From contig DRNP01000005.1 in NCBI GenBank assembly GCA_011322135.1, positions 1 through 33,655 of the forward strand: a stretch of DNA of 33,655 nt, given 5' to 3'. Shown here in pieces: positions 16,398 to 25,250 of this stretch (positions within the stretch are counted from its first letter, which is position 1; each line of letters starts with the position of its first letter). The position numbers and the translations under genes were made by a program. Under the pieces are notes generated by a model. It saw nothing but the letters and a program-made list of their open reading frames with translations. It was not told the DNA's origin and made no database searches. Source of the DNA: Candidatus Kaiserbacteria bacterium (GTDB lineage: Bacteria; Patescibacteriota; Minisyncoccia; Phycocordibacterales; Phycocordibacteraceae).

Positions 16398-18152
16398 ATG
16401 GAAAATCCGGAACGAGTTACATATTTTGCCGCCACTGATTCACGTGGGAAACGAATACCTTTTGGCATAAAACAAAAAGATAGGTCGCGACACATGTATG
16501 TCATTGGTAAAACAGGTATGGGGAAATCAACCATGCTCGAAAATATGGCGATTCAAGATATGCGAAACGGAGAAGGTCTGGCACTCATTGATCCTCACGG
16601 AGGAACGGCGGAGAAACTTCTGGAATATATTCCGGAGGATCGTATCGATGATGTTGTGTATTTCGCACCGTTTGATATGGAACAACCTATTGCTTTTAAT
16701 GTAATGGAAGATGTCGGGTACGACAAACGTCATTTGGTAGTTTCCGGTCTCATGGCGACTTTTAAAAAGATTTGGCAAGACGCGTGGAGTGCGCGCATGG
16801 AATACATTCTTTCAAATACACTTCTGGCACTTCTTGAATATCCCGATGCCACATTGTTGGGTGTAAATCGTATGTATACTGACAAGACTTATAGAAAGCG
16901 TGTTGTAGATAATATAAAAGACCCTCTCGTAAAAGATTTTTGGACAAAAGAATTTGCCGGTTTTACAGACAGATATGCACAAGAGGCAACTCCTGCAATT
17001 CAAAATAAAATAGGGCAATTTACGAGCAACCCGCTTATTCGTAATATTATCGGTCAGCCAAAATCATCTTTTGACATACGGCAGATGATGGACCAAAAAA
17101 AGATTCTTATCGTGAATCTATCAAAAGGACTTGTTGGTGAGACCAATATGCAACTTTTGGGCTCGATGCTCACGACACGCATCTTTTTGGCGGCAATGAG
17201 TCGTGCGGATACACAAGCGCAGAGTTTGGCAAAACTTCCAAACTTTTATTTTTACGTTGACGAATTTCAAAACTTTGCAAACGAGACCTTTGCGGAGATT
17301 CTTTCAGAAGCTCGCAAATATAAACTAAACCTTGTTATCGCTCATCAGTATATTGAGCAAATGGATGAACAGGTGCGCGCTGCCGTTTTTGGAAACGTCG
17401 GTACAACGGTCTCTTTTCGTGTCGGACCTTTTGACGCGGAAGTTCTGGAAACTGTTTTCATGCCTGAGTTTACAAAAGAAGATTTAGTAAATTTGGGGTT
17501 TGCGCAAATATACGTAACTTTAATGATAGATGGCGTTGGCTCGCGTCCGTTTTCCGCGATAACAATTCCTCCGATTGAAGCTCCTGCGCGTACTTTTGAA
17601 CACGAGGTAATCTCCGCATCACGCGCGCGTTTTGGGCATCCACGTTTGGAAATAGAAGAAGCCGTTTCAGCAGAGCTTGCAAAAACAGAAAAAGAAAAAC
17701 CTTCGAATCAAAAAAACAATAGACAGTTCAATGGTGTGTCGGCGCGCAAAGATTATAACTACAAAAATTCAGAGCAAGCACATCAACAACGAAGAAAAGA
17801 CAATACAAAAGAAAAAGATGAACAAACAAAAAATAGGAAGTTCGAATATGTTTCGAAACAGAAAAGCTCCGGAGATTTAAAAGGCATACTCCGCACGTTG
17901 TCGCAAGATTCCAAAGACGCAAAAGCAAGAAGTAAGACCACACAAAAAGAATCTCTGAAAAATACGCTCGCAGGAGTTTTGGCAAAATCAAAAAATAACA
18001 CACAAAACGAAAGACAAGATAAAAAAACTGGACAGATACGGCAAGAAAGGGAAACTCCATCTTCTGAGAAACAAACTACAAAAGCGGAGCAACAAAAGCC
18101 GTTTGAGGTGCCTGAAAATCAATTACGAAAAATCTTAAAAGGAGAAAAATGA
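16398..18152 (+). CDS. VirB4/TraG/TrwB-like (HerA/FtsK superfamily) ATPase with low-complexity charged C-terminal tail
   Basis: RHMYVIGKTGMGKST Walker A, IDPHG, FYVDEFQNF Walker B, LSEARKYKLNLVIAHQYIEQ; start MENPERVT at 16398. Confidence 0.88.
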   Translation: MENPERVTYFAATDSRGKRIPFGIKQKDRSRHMYVIGKTGMGKSTMLENMAIQDMRNGEGLALIDPHGGTAEKLLEYIPEDRIDDVVYFAPFDMEQPIAFNVMEDVGYDKRHLVVSGLMATFKKIWQDAWSARMEYILSNTLLALLEYPDATLLGVNRMYTDKTYRKRVVDNIKDPLVKDFWTKEFAGFTDRYAQEATPAIQNKIGQFTSNPLIRNIIGQPKSSFDIRQMMDQKKILIVNLSKGLVGETNMQLLGSMLTTRIFLAAMSRADTQAQSLAKLPNFYFYVDEFQNFANETFAEILSEARKYKLNLVIAHQYIEQMDEQVRAAVFGNVGTTVSFRVGPFDAEVLETVFMPEFTKEDLVNLGFAQIYVTLMIDGVGSRPFSAITIPPIEAPARTFEHEVISASRARFGHPRLEIEEAVSAELAKTEKEKPSNQKNNRQFNGVSARKDYNYKNSEQAHQQRRKDNTKEKDEQTKNRKFEYVSKQKSSGDLKGILRTLSQDSKDAKARSKTTQKESLKNTLAGVLAKSKNNTQNERQDKKTGQIRQERETPSSEKQTTKAEQQKPFEVPENQLRKILKGEK

Positions 18153-18171
18153 TATAGACATACATTGTTTT

Positions 18172-19431
18172 ATGCGACGACTGTTTTTGATTTTCAGTTT
18201 TACGATACTTGTATTTCCTTCATTTGTTTTTGCATCACTTGTAAATATAAATACAGCTAACGTATCCGCATTGCAGAAATTACATGGTATAGGAACTGTA
18301 AAAGCACAAAAAATTATTGATTATCGTAATACGCACGGTGCATTTATTTCGATTGATGATATTAAAAAAGTGAGCGGTATCGGTAATGATACCTACGCAC
18401 GAATTGCAGATAGCATTACCGTGAATGGTTCAAGTGCTTTAGCGAAAAATACAGATAAAAGTACAAATACAGATAAAAGCTCAGTAGCTACAGTGAATAA
18501 AAAACAATCAAACGTAGAGAATCAAAATTACTCATCACACACATCTGCGATACCCACACCATCAAAATTGTCTGTTACGATTGAATCAAAAACAACTGTA
18601 TTTTCGGATGTGCCTTTTGTGTTTATGGCAAAAGTAAAAACAGATGCCGGCATCATTGATACTTCGGCGCGCATATCGTGGAGTTTTGGAGACGGGTCTG
18701 CGAGCGAGGGTCGCATTGTATCTAAAAATTATCATTATTCGGGTAAATATCGTGTCGTTGCCATAGCGCGTGATGGGGAAGTGAGTGCTCGAGATGAAAT
18801 AACAATATCGGTTGTACCACCTGAAGTTAGTGTTGCTTCTGTTTCCGTAGACGGAGTTATTTTGGAAAATAATTCCGATATAGAAACAGATTTATCGGGC
18901 TGGAGCATAATCTCTAAAAAAGGTGTGTTTCGCATACCGGTCGGTACTACACTGTTGCCAAAATCTCGAGTGCTGTTTCCTTTTTCGATTATGAGATTAC
19001 CCGTTGCGTGGAATGTGAAGCTGGTATGTCCGGACAGCGTGATTGCTTCCGAGTACAAATCGAAAGAGAGCTCTTTAAAAATGCATTCGTTAGTATCTAA
19101 AAATGTACATATACAAAAAATGAAACCTTTGTCGGGAGCACATGGTTTTAATAAGGTGAGTGGCAAAAGTTTTACAAATACAAACAAAGTCGCCTCTCTA
19201 ATTGTACATAATACTATTGCTCATGACATTGAAGCAGTAAAAGCCCCCACGCGACTTACTAAAGTTAGTCGCGTGGGGGCACCTTTGGGAAGCTCGTCTA
19301 TTGCGAATGCGTCAGATACTAAAACAACAGCCCCGTTATCCGGTCAAAAGAAATACGATAATAAAATGACGTGGCTACTTAGCGTTGCCGGTATTTTTGC
19401 GCTCGCAGGTGGGGCGTTCGTTATTCTTTAG
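18172..19431 (+). CDS. comEA: ComEA-like helix-hairpin-helix DNA receptor with PKD-like and lamin-tail-like domains and C-terminal TM anchor
   Basis: Signal peptide, VNINTA..LQKLHGIGTVKAQKIIDYR..GAF..IDDIKKVSGIG (HhH), WSFGDG (PKD), TDLSGW (LTD-like), hydrophobic C-terminus. Confidence 0.75.
   Translation: MRRLFLIFSFTILVFPSFVFASLVNINTANVSALQKLHGIGTVKAQKIIDYRNTHGAFISIDDIKKVSGIGNDTYARIADSITVNGSSALAKNTDKSTNTDKSSVATVNKKQSNVENQNYSSHTSAIPTPSKLSVTIESKTTVFSDVPFVFMAKVKTDAGIIDTSARISWSFGDGSASEGRIVSKNYHYSGKYRVVAIARDGEVSARDEITISVVPPEVSVASVSVDGVILENNSDIETDLSGWSIISKKGVFRIPVGTTLLPKSRVLFPFSIMRLPVAWNVKLVCPDSVIASEYKSKESSLKMHSLVSKNVHIQKMKPLSGAHGFNKVSGKSFTNTNKVASLIVHNTIAHDIEAVKAPTRLTKVSRVGAPLGSSSIANASDTKTTAPLSGQKKYDNKMTWLLSVAGIFALAGGAFVIL
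19243..19280. repeat. Perfect 14-bp inverted repeat (10-nt loop) inside the comEA-like CDS
   Basis: gcccccacgcgact-tactaaagtt-agtcgcgtgggggc. Confidence 0.9.
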
Positions 19432-19577
19432 AATGGTTTGTAAGTGCGAATTGTTCGCGCGAGCAAGTGAACGGTGTGAATGTTGACAGGTTGTATCCGC
19501 GTTTATGCCGGGCACTAAACAATGTTTATGATGTACGTGCTAGCTCAAATGTTTGTTTTGATATATGCTTGAATTAT

Positions 19578-20468
19578 ATGGATTCTAAAATTATTCTTGT
19601 TACCGGCGGGGCAGGTTTTATCGGGCACAATTTGTGCAAGCGTCTTGTACAAGACAAGAACAACCGAGTTATATCGTTGGATAATTACTTTACCGGAAGT
19701 CGTGAAAACCATGTAGATGGTGTGGAATACAGAGAAGGACATACAAAAGACATTGAAAAACATGTTCCGGAAACTCCGGATATCGTCTACCACCTCGGCG
19801 AGTACTCGCGCACGGCATCAAGCCTTGATGAGCCGGATGTCGTATTTGATTTAAATATTGTCGGTACGTTTGGCGTACTTGAGCATTGGCGCAAAAGAAA
19901 ATACAAATTAGTATATGCCGGCTCGTCAACAAAATTTGTCGGTGCACGAAAAGATGGCGTAGAAGGGCGTGATCTCGCTCCGTACAATTGGATGAAAGCT
20001 GCGAACACGGAACTACTGCATAATTATGGTCGTTGGTACAATCTCCCGTATGCGATTACGTATTTTTATAATGTTTATGGACAGGGAGAGAGAGCCGGAC
20101 AATTTGACGGGACATACGGGACAGTAGTGGAAACATTTAAACAGTGTTATTTAAATAACCAACCGTGTCTTATAAATGGTACCGGTGAACAGACACGTGC
20201 TTTTACACATGTAGACGACACGATAGATGCACTCATGCTTGTCGGAGAAAAAGGCGTTGCTGACGAATACGCTATAAGTGCAAAAGAAATATATTCGCTA
20301 CTAGAGCTTGCTGAAATGTTTGGAATTAAAACAGAGTTTAAATCGGCAACGCGCTCAACACGTTCGTCCGGAGCAGATGACACCACGAAGCTGGAAAAAC
20401 TCGGGTGGGAACAACGTCACACTCTTGAAGATTATATAGAACAAATTAAACGCGTTTCTAAAAAATAA
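19578..20468 (+). CDS. NAD-dependent epimerase/dehydratase (extended SDR)
   Basis: ILVTGGAGFIG, LDNYFTG, YAGSS, catalytic YxxxK in PYNWMK, YNVYG, GTGEQTRAFTHVDD; start MDSKIIL. Confidence 0.92.
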   Translation: MDSKIILVTGGAGFIGHNLCKRLVQDKNNRVISLDNYFTGSRENHVDGVEYREGHTKDIEKHVPETPDIVYHLGEYSRTASSLDEPDVVFDLNIVGTFGVLEHWRKRKYKLVYAGSSTKFVGARKDGVEGRDLAPYNWMKAANTELLHNYGRWYNLPYAITYFYNVYGQGERAGQFDGTYGTVVETFKQCYLNNQPCLINGTGEQTRAFTHVDDTIDALMLVGEKGVADEYAISAKEIYSLLELAEMFGIKTEFKSATRSTRSSGADDTTKLEKLGWEQRHTLEDYIEQIKRVSKK

Positions 20469-20471
20469 TAC

Positions 20472-21626
20472 ATGAAGCGCATTTTAATTTTTTCACTTGC
20501 ATATTATCCGGTTTTTGTTTCCGGAGCAGAGGCGGCAATAAAAGAGATTACAGACCGCATCACCCCGGAGGATATTGAGTTTCATATGATAACCATGCTT
20601 TTTGACCGCAGTTCTCCACGCGATGAGATTATCGGTAATGTGCATGTACACCGTGTCGGGTTTGGTGGTGCGTATATTTCAAAGATTTTATTTCCGGTCG
20701 TTTCGGCGCTCAAGGCGCGCAGTTTACACAAGAAGTATCATTTTGATGCTATGTGGGCAATGATGACATACATGCTATTGCCAACAATGCTTGCAAAAAG
20801 TTTTGGTGTTCGAGTACCGCACGTTTTGACACTTCAAGACGGCGACCCGTATAAAAAAGTTTTTGGTCGTATGCGTATTGTGCCTTTTATTTCAATTATC
20901 AATAAAGGATTTCGTACTGCCGGAGTTATACAAGTTATATCGCGCTATCTCGCGTCGTGGCCGGAGAAGCGCGGTTCCGATAGTTCCGTGGTGCTGGTAC
21001 GTAACGGTGCAAATCCACGAGACCTTAAAGAGGATTCTTCCAAAGAAGATATTATTGCGGTGCAGAAAAAGATTGGTAAGAAAGACGGAGACGTATGGAT
21101 TGTCAACACTTCTCGTATGGTGCATCAAAAAGGGATTGATACTACTATAGAGGCACTGACGCATCTACCTGCATATGTGAAATTTCTTGCAGTAGGTGAC
21201 GGGGTAGATGCTACAAAATTGAAAGAGCTCGCTACTCGTTTGGGTGTTGCCGATAGAGTTGTCTTTACCGGTCAAGTCGACCGCTCAGAGGTAACTTTAT
21301 ATCGTAAGGCATGCGATATTTTTGTCGCACCGTCACGCTCGGAAGGACTCGGAAATGCTTTTGTTTCTGCTCTTGCGTCGCGTCTCCCGCTTGTTACGTC
21401 CGGAGTTGGAGGTATCGCGGATTACGCAATAGACGGAGAGACCGCATGGATTGTTCATCCTGATGACCCGCAAGCGCTTGCCCAAAAGATTAAAGAGGTT
21501 ATGGATAATCCTGAAAAAGCACACAAAATCTCAGAACATGCGCGCTCTATTGTTGAAAATGAGTATGATTGGGACAAGATAGCTACACAGATGCGTGAGC
21601 GAGTGTTTAATCCTGTATTAAAATGA
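20472..21626 (+). CDS. Glycosyltransferase family 4
   Basis: ILIFSLAYYP..SGAE, TLQDGD, SRMVHQKG, PSRSEGLGNAF. Confidence 0.9.
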   Translation: MKRILIFSLAYYPVFVSGAEAAIKEITDRITPEDIEFHMITMLFDRSSPRDEIIGNVHVHRVGFGGAYISKILFPVVSALKARSLHKKYHFDAMWAMMTYMLLPTMLAKSFGVRVPHVLTLQDGDPYKKVFGRMRIVPFISIINKGFRTAGVIQVISRYLASWPEKRGSDSSVVLVRNGANPRDLKEDSSKEDIIAVQKKIGKKDGDVWIVNTSRMVHQKGIDTTIEALTHLPAYVKFLAVGDGVDATKLKELATRLGVADRVVFTGQVDRSEVTLYRKACDIFVAPSRSEGLGNAFVSALASRLPLVTSGVGGIADYAIDGETAWIVHPDDPQALAQKIKEVMDNPEKAHKISEHARSIVENEYDWDKIATQMRERVFNPVLK

Positions 21627-22168
21627 ACGGAGCACTTGTAGAGAAAGCAATGTTGATGGCACTTCGCGCACATGAAGGGCAAACGCGAAAAGAATCTTCA
21701 GCGCCATATATTGTGCATCCTGTTCGGGTGGCAATATTGTTGGCACGGTATGGTTTATCGGATACGGTAGTTGCAGCAGGACTCGTGCATGATGTTGTGG
21801 AGGATACGAATGTATCGCTTGATGATGTGCGAAACGAACTCGGTGATGAAGTGGCAGGTATGGTAGCTTCTGTAACACACGACAATGCACTTTCGTGGAT
21901 TGAAAAAAAGAAAGCATATATTGAAACGGTACGCACAGCTAGCGAAGAAGCAAAAGCTATCTCTGTAGCTGACAAGATTGCGAATGCAGAGAGTCTGATT
22001 TCGTCACACGCTCGGGAGGGAAGTGAAGTCTGGCGACATTTCAGTACCGGACGTGAGAAGAAATTATGGTTTGAGGAAGCGGTGCTCGCAATGCTTCAAG
22101 AGTCGTGGCATCATCCGCTCGTTGAAGAATACGCACGTTTTGTGAAGCGACTACAAGGATTGAAATAA
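21623..22168 (+). CDS. HD-domain protein, Mesh1/SpoT-type small alarmone hydrolase family
   Basis: AHEGQTRK...PYIVHP, GLVHDVVEDT, ADKIAN. Confidence 0.85.
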   Translation: MNGALVEKAMLMALRAHEGQTRKESSAPYIVHPVRVAILLARYGLSDTVVAAGLVHDVVEDTNVSLDDVRNELGDEVAGMVASVTHDNALSWIEKKKAYIETVRTASEEAKAISVADKIANAESLISSHAREGSEVWRHFSTGREKKLWFEEAVLAMLQESWHHPLVEEYARFVKRLQGLK

Positions 22169-22304
22169 TCTTGGTTAATTTTATCCGGATTGCAGGCATA
22201 GATACATAGGCGCGGATATTTGCCAAAGTACATAATATGTATTATTATGTTTAATAGGGTAGTTTCGTACATTTTTTAAAACTTGAACAAGGGAGGAACC
22301 TGTT

Positions 22305-22730
22305 ATGTCAGATAAGATAGTAATTCCAACGAAGGATTTCGACAAGTATGGAGTAAGCGTGCATGCCAAAATGATGAAAGGGACTTTTGAAAAACGCTTT
22401 GCACTGCGAAGTAAAGATGGAGCAAGTGTTACGATAACGCAGGCTCAATGTGCAGATTACTGGCAGACGGCTCATTCACACAAGGCAACGAGAGAGTTGT
22501 ATTTTGTGTGGAGCGGAGCACTTATTTACGCCAGTCTCTGTGAAGGTAAAATAGTCCTAAACACTTACAAAGCCGGCGAGTTTTTTTCTTGTGAGCCGGG
22601 TGTTGCTCACACGGTATTTGTTGATTTTGGTACAGTATTTGGTACCACAAAGTTTCAGCTCCCCGGGTTTGAATTTCCGGACTATAAATTGGAGCCGGAA
22701 ATGGACAAACTTCTTCACGACATTGTGTAA
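22305..22730 (+). CDS. Cupin-fold protein
   Basis: AHSHKATRELYFVWSG and GEFFSCEPGVAH cupin motifs; preceded by a GGGAGG Shine-Dalgarno. Confidence 0.75.
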   Translation: MSDKIVIPTKDFDKYGVSVHAKMMKGTFEKRFALRSKDGASVTITQAQCADYWQTAHSHKATRELYFVWSGALIYASLCEGKIVLNTYKAGEFFSCEPGVAHTVFVDFGTVFGTTKFQLPGFEFPDYKLEPEMDKLLHDIV

Positions 22731-22762
22731 AAACAATCAATGCCAATGTCTGTATCTAAAAC

Positions 22763-22794
22763 AAAATTGCGCGACAATAGTTGCGCAATTTTTT
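22763..22794. terminator. Bidirectional intrinsic terminator between convergent genes
   Basis: aaaattgcgcgac-aata-gttgcgcaatttttt. Confidence 0.8.
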
Positions 22795-22795
22795 A

Positions 22796-23908
22796 TTAGT
22801 GGAGTGTTTGCTGGCGCTTTTTTTCATCAGTGCTTCGTAGTGTGTCGCGTGTTTTTTTATATTCTTCAATGATTTCAGTTGGAATGTCTGTATCATTTAA
22901 CACATTTTCTAAGACGTTTATCCAAAATGTAATTCTTGCAATAGCAAGCAAGTGCAAGTTACCGTTTGTTTTTTGCAACCAATTAACATAGTAGCGAACA
23001 AGCTCAGTGAATCTGTAAATACGCATTAGTTTGAGAGACATAAGTTCTTCCGGAGCTCTGTTTAATTTTACGTAAGTAATGAGTGCCTCAGCAAGTGATG
23101 GATTATAAAGCACCATGAAATTGATAAATCTCGCCCATCCTTCATATTTATTTCCAAATCGAAATGAAGCATTGTCTAATATATATAAAGTATCGTCACG
23201 GATGCGAAAGTTTTGCGGTGTGAAGTCCCAATGGGTAAGGAAGTCGCAGTACTGCTCGATAGTTTTTTGATGTGTATTTATAAAATCTAATGCGTTGTCT
23301 AATGTGTTTGTGAAATGCTCCGCATGAGAATCTTTTTGAGAAAGTGCTTGTTTTATTTCGTTAACATATTGCTCTGCAGTATTTAAATACTTTTTTGCAT
23401 TCATTTCTTCAAACGTGCCGTGTATCAATTTGTGGTGTTCGTACGTGGAGGCGTTGATATTTTCCTGCGCTTTAAAAGCATCTAGAGCAACAGAGAATTG
23501 TTTTTTTAAAGGTTGTTTAATAAATGGAATTTCTTGTTCTATGTATTCTGTAATAGCAATAACGCCGTTTTGACTTTTTGTAAACAAAAGTTCTTTTGGC
23601 ATGCGGAAAACATCGTACGCAAATGGTAGGAGAGCGAGAGCGACACGTCGCTCTCGCTCTTGTTCTATTTCATGTATACCGCCCTCGTCGGTGCCTATTT
23701 TTATAATGACTTTTGTTTCTTTTGATTTTCTTTTTCCGAGCAATACAAGCTTACTCCCGCTTTTAATAGGACGCGTTAGAGAGCGCTCGCCGATTATATG
23801 TGGTTGTTCTGTATCAAGCTCATATCCGAGTTTTGCCAATAAAGGAGTAAACTCAGAGATTGTACGAGCGGTGTATTCTTCCCATTTTTTTTGTATATCA
23901 ATTGTCAT
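22796..23908 (-). CDS. Protein kinase-like (APH/choline kinase-type) phosphotransferase
   Basis: VIIKI lysine, ITEYIE hinge, THWDFTPQN (HxDxxxxN), LYILD. ATG 23908 overlaps the stop of the upstream gene. Confidence 0.75.
   Translation of the reverse strand: MTIDIQKKWEEYTARTISEFTPLLAKLGYELDTEQPHIIGERSLTRPIKSGSKLVLLGKRKSKETKVIIKIGTDEGGIHEIEQERERRVALALLPFAYDVFRMPKELLFTKSQNGVIAITEYIEQEIPFIKQPLKKQFSVALDAFKAQENINASTYEHHKLIHGTFEEMNAKKYLNTAEQYVNEIKQALSQKDSHAEHFTNTLDNALDFINTHQKTIEQYCDFLTHWDFTPQNFRIRDDTLYILDNASFRFGNKYEGWARFINFMVLYNPSLAEALITYVKLNRAPEELMSLKLMRIYRFTELVRYYVNWLQKTNGNLHLLAIARITFWINVLENVLNDTDIPTEIIEEYKKTRDTLRSTDEKKRQQTLH
23631..23660. repeat. Perfect 14-bp inverted repeat (2-nt loop) inside the kinase CDS
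   Basis: agagcgagagcgac-ac-gtcgctctcgctct. Confidence 0.92.
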
Positions 23909-24422
23909 ATTCAAGTGTGGTTTCTATTTTCTCCAGATGCTCATTCCATGATGCATTCCACGTATTGATTGCATCGACGGGTTTTGTTTCAAGGGGCAGT
24001 ATTTCCGGCTTTTGTTCAGGTGTGCTTTTTATAACCGCATCTGTACGTATTGTTGCCAGCCAATCTATTATTCCCAAACGAGAAGATGCTTTTTTGTCCG
24101 CGATACAGAATATCGTTTTTTTGTGAAGCGGTGTAAGAATAAGAGGTAATTCCGTTGATATGCCATTTATTACGATGATTGCATCTGTATCGCGTGCAGA
24201 TTGTATCAATGCTTTTCTAAACGCATGTAAGCGTACAAGTCGTGGCTTGTGTTTATCAACCACAGTGACATTTACGTTTTGCAATTGCTCAGGCAAATGT
24301 GTGTATGCCAATACGTTTATTTTATGACCCGCCAATGACAGTCGTCGTGCCAGTTCTTTTGCATACGTAGCAACAGGAGCTATTTCAGGTGGGTAAAGTG
24401 GGGTTGCAAGCACTATGCGCAT
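23898..24422 (-). CDS. Stand-alone GT4 N-terminal-domain protein (no C-terminal nucleotide-sugar-binding domain)
   Basis: MRIVLATPLYPPEIAPVATYAKEL resembles the N-terminus of 25251-26351; only 174 aa; no EX7E motif. Confidence 0.7.
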   Translation of the reverse strand: MRIVLATPLYPPEIAPVATYAKELARRLSLAGHKINVLAYTHLPEQLQNVNVTVVDKHKPRLVRLHAFRKALIQSARDTDAIIVINGISTELPLILTPLHKKTIFCIADKKASSRLGIIDWLATIRTDAVIKSTPEQKPEILPLETKPVDAINTWNASWNEHLEKIETTLEYDN

Positions 24423-24499
24423 GATTGCAATATATCATAAACGTGTTTAATCCTCATGAATAAAAGGGAACTCGAGGGCTTCTGGTGCACAGGGTGACA

Positions 24500-24535
24500 T
24501 TGACACGGTAGATAATGCCATTATAATGGCATTAT
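24500..24535 (+). promoter_or_regulatory. TA operon promoter with overlapping 24-bp perfect palindromic operator
   Basis: TTGACA (24500), 16-nt spacer, TATAAT (24522); palindrome ataatgccatta|taatggcattat at 24512-24535. Confidence 0.82.
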
Positions 24536-24556
24536 AATCACTAAACTAATATACGT

Positions 24557-24808
24557 ATGGCAACAATACAAAAACTCATCAAGGCTGGTAGCTCGGTGGC
24601 TGTGGTAATTCCAAAAAGTTTGCTCGGAAAGCATTCTGCCGGTGCGCCAATTAGTATTGAAAAAGATACTAGTCCAAATACTTTTCGAGTACGAGTGCTA
24701 CCTAAAAAAAAGAACACTCTTTCTGCGCGTGAGAAACACGTTCTTTCATTGACCGATTCGTTTGTTAAACGCTACCGTACCGATCTTAAACGTCTTAAAG
24801 ATGCTTAA
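24557..24808 (+). CDS. AbrB/MazE-like antitoxin
   Basis: QKLIKAGSSVAVVIPKSLL swapped-hairpin motif; C-terminus FVKRYRTDLKRLKD; overlaps the toxin start. Confidence 0.8.
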   Translation: MATIQKLIKAGSSVAVVIPKSLLGKHSAGAPISIEKDTSPNTFRVRVLPKKKNTLSAREKHVLSLTDSFVKRYRTDLKRLKDA

Positions 24809-25241
24809 ATACCTTAGTGAAGACGAGATTGTACTTATTCATCAGCGCATAGTAGATGAAACAGGCGGTTTACAGGGTATTCGCGAACCACATGCGATAC
24901 GAAGTGTTGAGGGGCAACCTCGTCAGGCAGTCTTTGGTAAAGAGCTATATTCAACGATGTATCTCAAGGCAGCTGTGTACGCACATAATATAATCGCACA
25001 CCATCCATTTTTGGATGGGAATAAGCGTACTGGCATCTCTGTGGCTATTGTGTTTCTGGAAGATAACGGACTTATCGCAAAAGCGAAAGAGGGGGATTTC
25101 TTTAATCTTGCACTGCATATAGCAGAAGACAAATGGGAATACGAAGTAATTGCCACATGGCTCAAGGAGCATACGAAGAAAGTGGCGAGTACAAAAAAGA
25201 CTGGCAAAAAGCATTCGCAAAAAAGTGATAAAAAGCGTTAG
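24801..25241 (+). CDS. doc: Doc/Fic-family toxin (death-on-curing)
   Basis: MLKYLSEDEIVLIH, GGLQGIRE, KAAVY, Fic motif HPFLDGNKRTG. Confidence 0.88.
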   Translation: MLKYLSEDEIVLIHQRIVDETGGLQGIREPHAIRSVEGQPRQAVFGKELYSTMYLKAAVYAHNIIAHHPFLDGNKRTGISVAIVFLEDNGLIAKAKEGDFFNLALHIAEDKWEYEVIATWLKEHTKKVASTKKTGKKHSQKSDKKR

Positions 25242-25250
25242 ACTATACGT

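Noticed and set aside
17680-18152. A-rich, repetitive-looking 3' part of the ATPase gene
   Set aside because: No discrete tandem repeat unit; it is a Lys/Glu/Gln-rich disordered tail.
18447-18479. Short direct repeat aaatacagataaaag x2 (NTDKS TNTDKS) in comEA
   Set aside because: Two-copy linker microduplication; not a CRISPR or a meaningful array.
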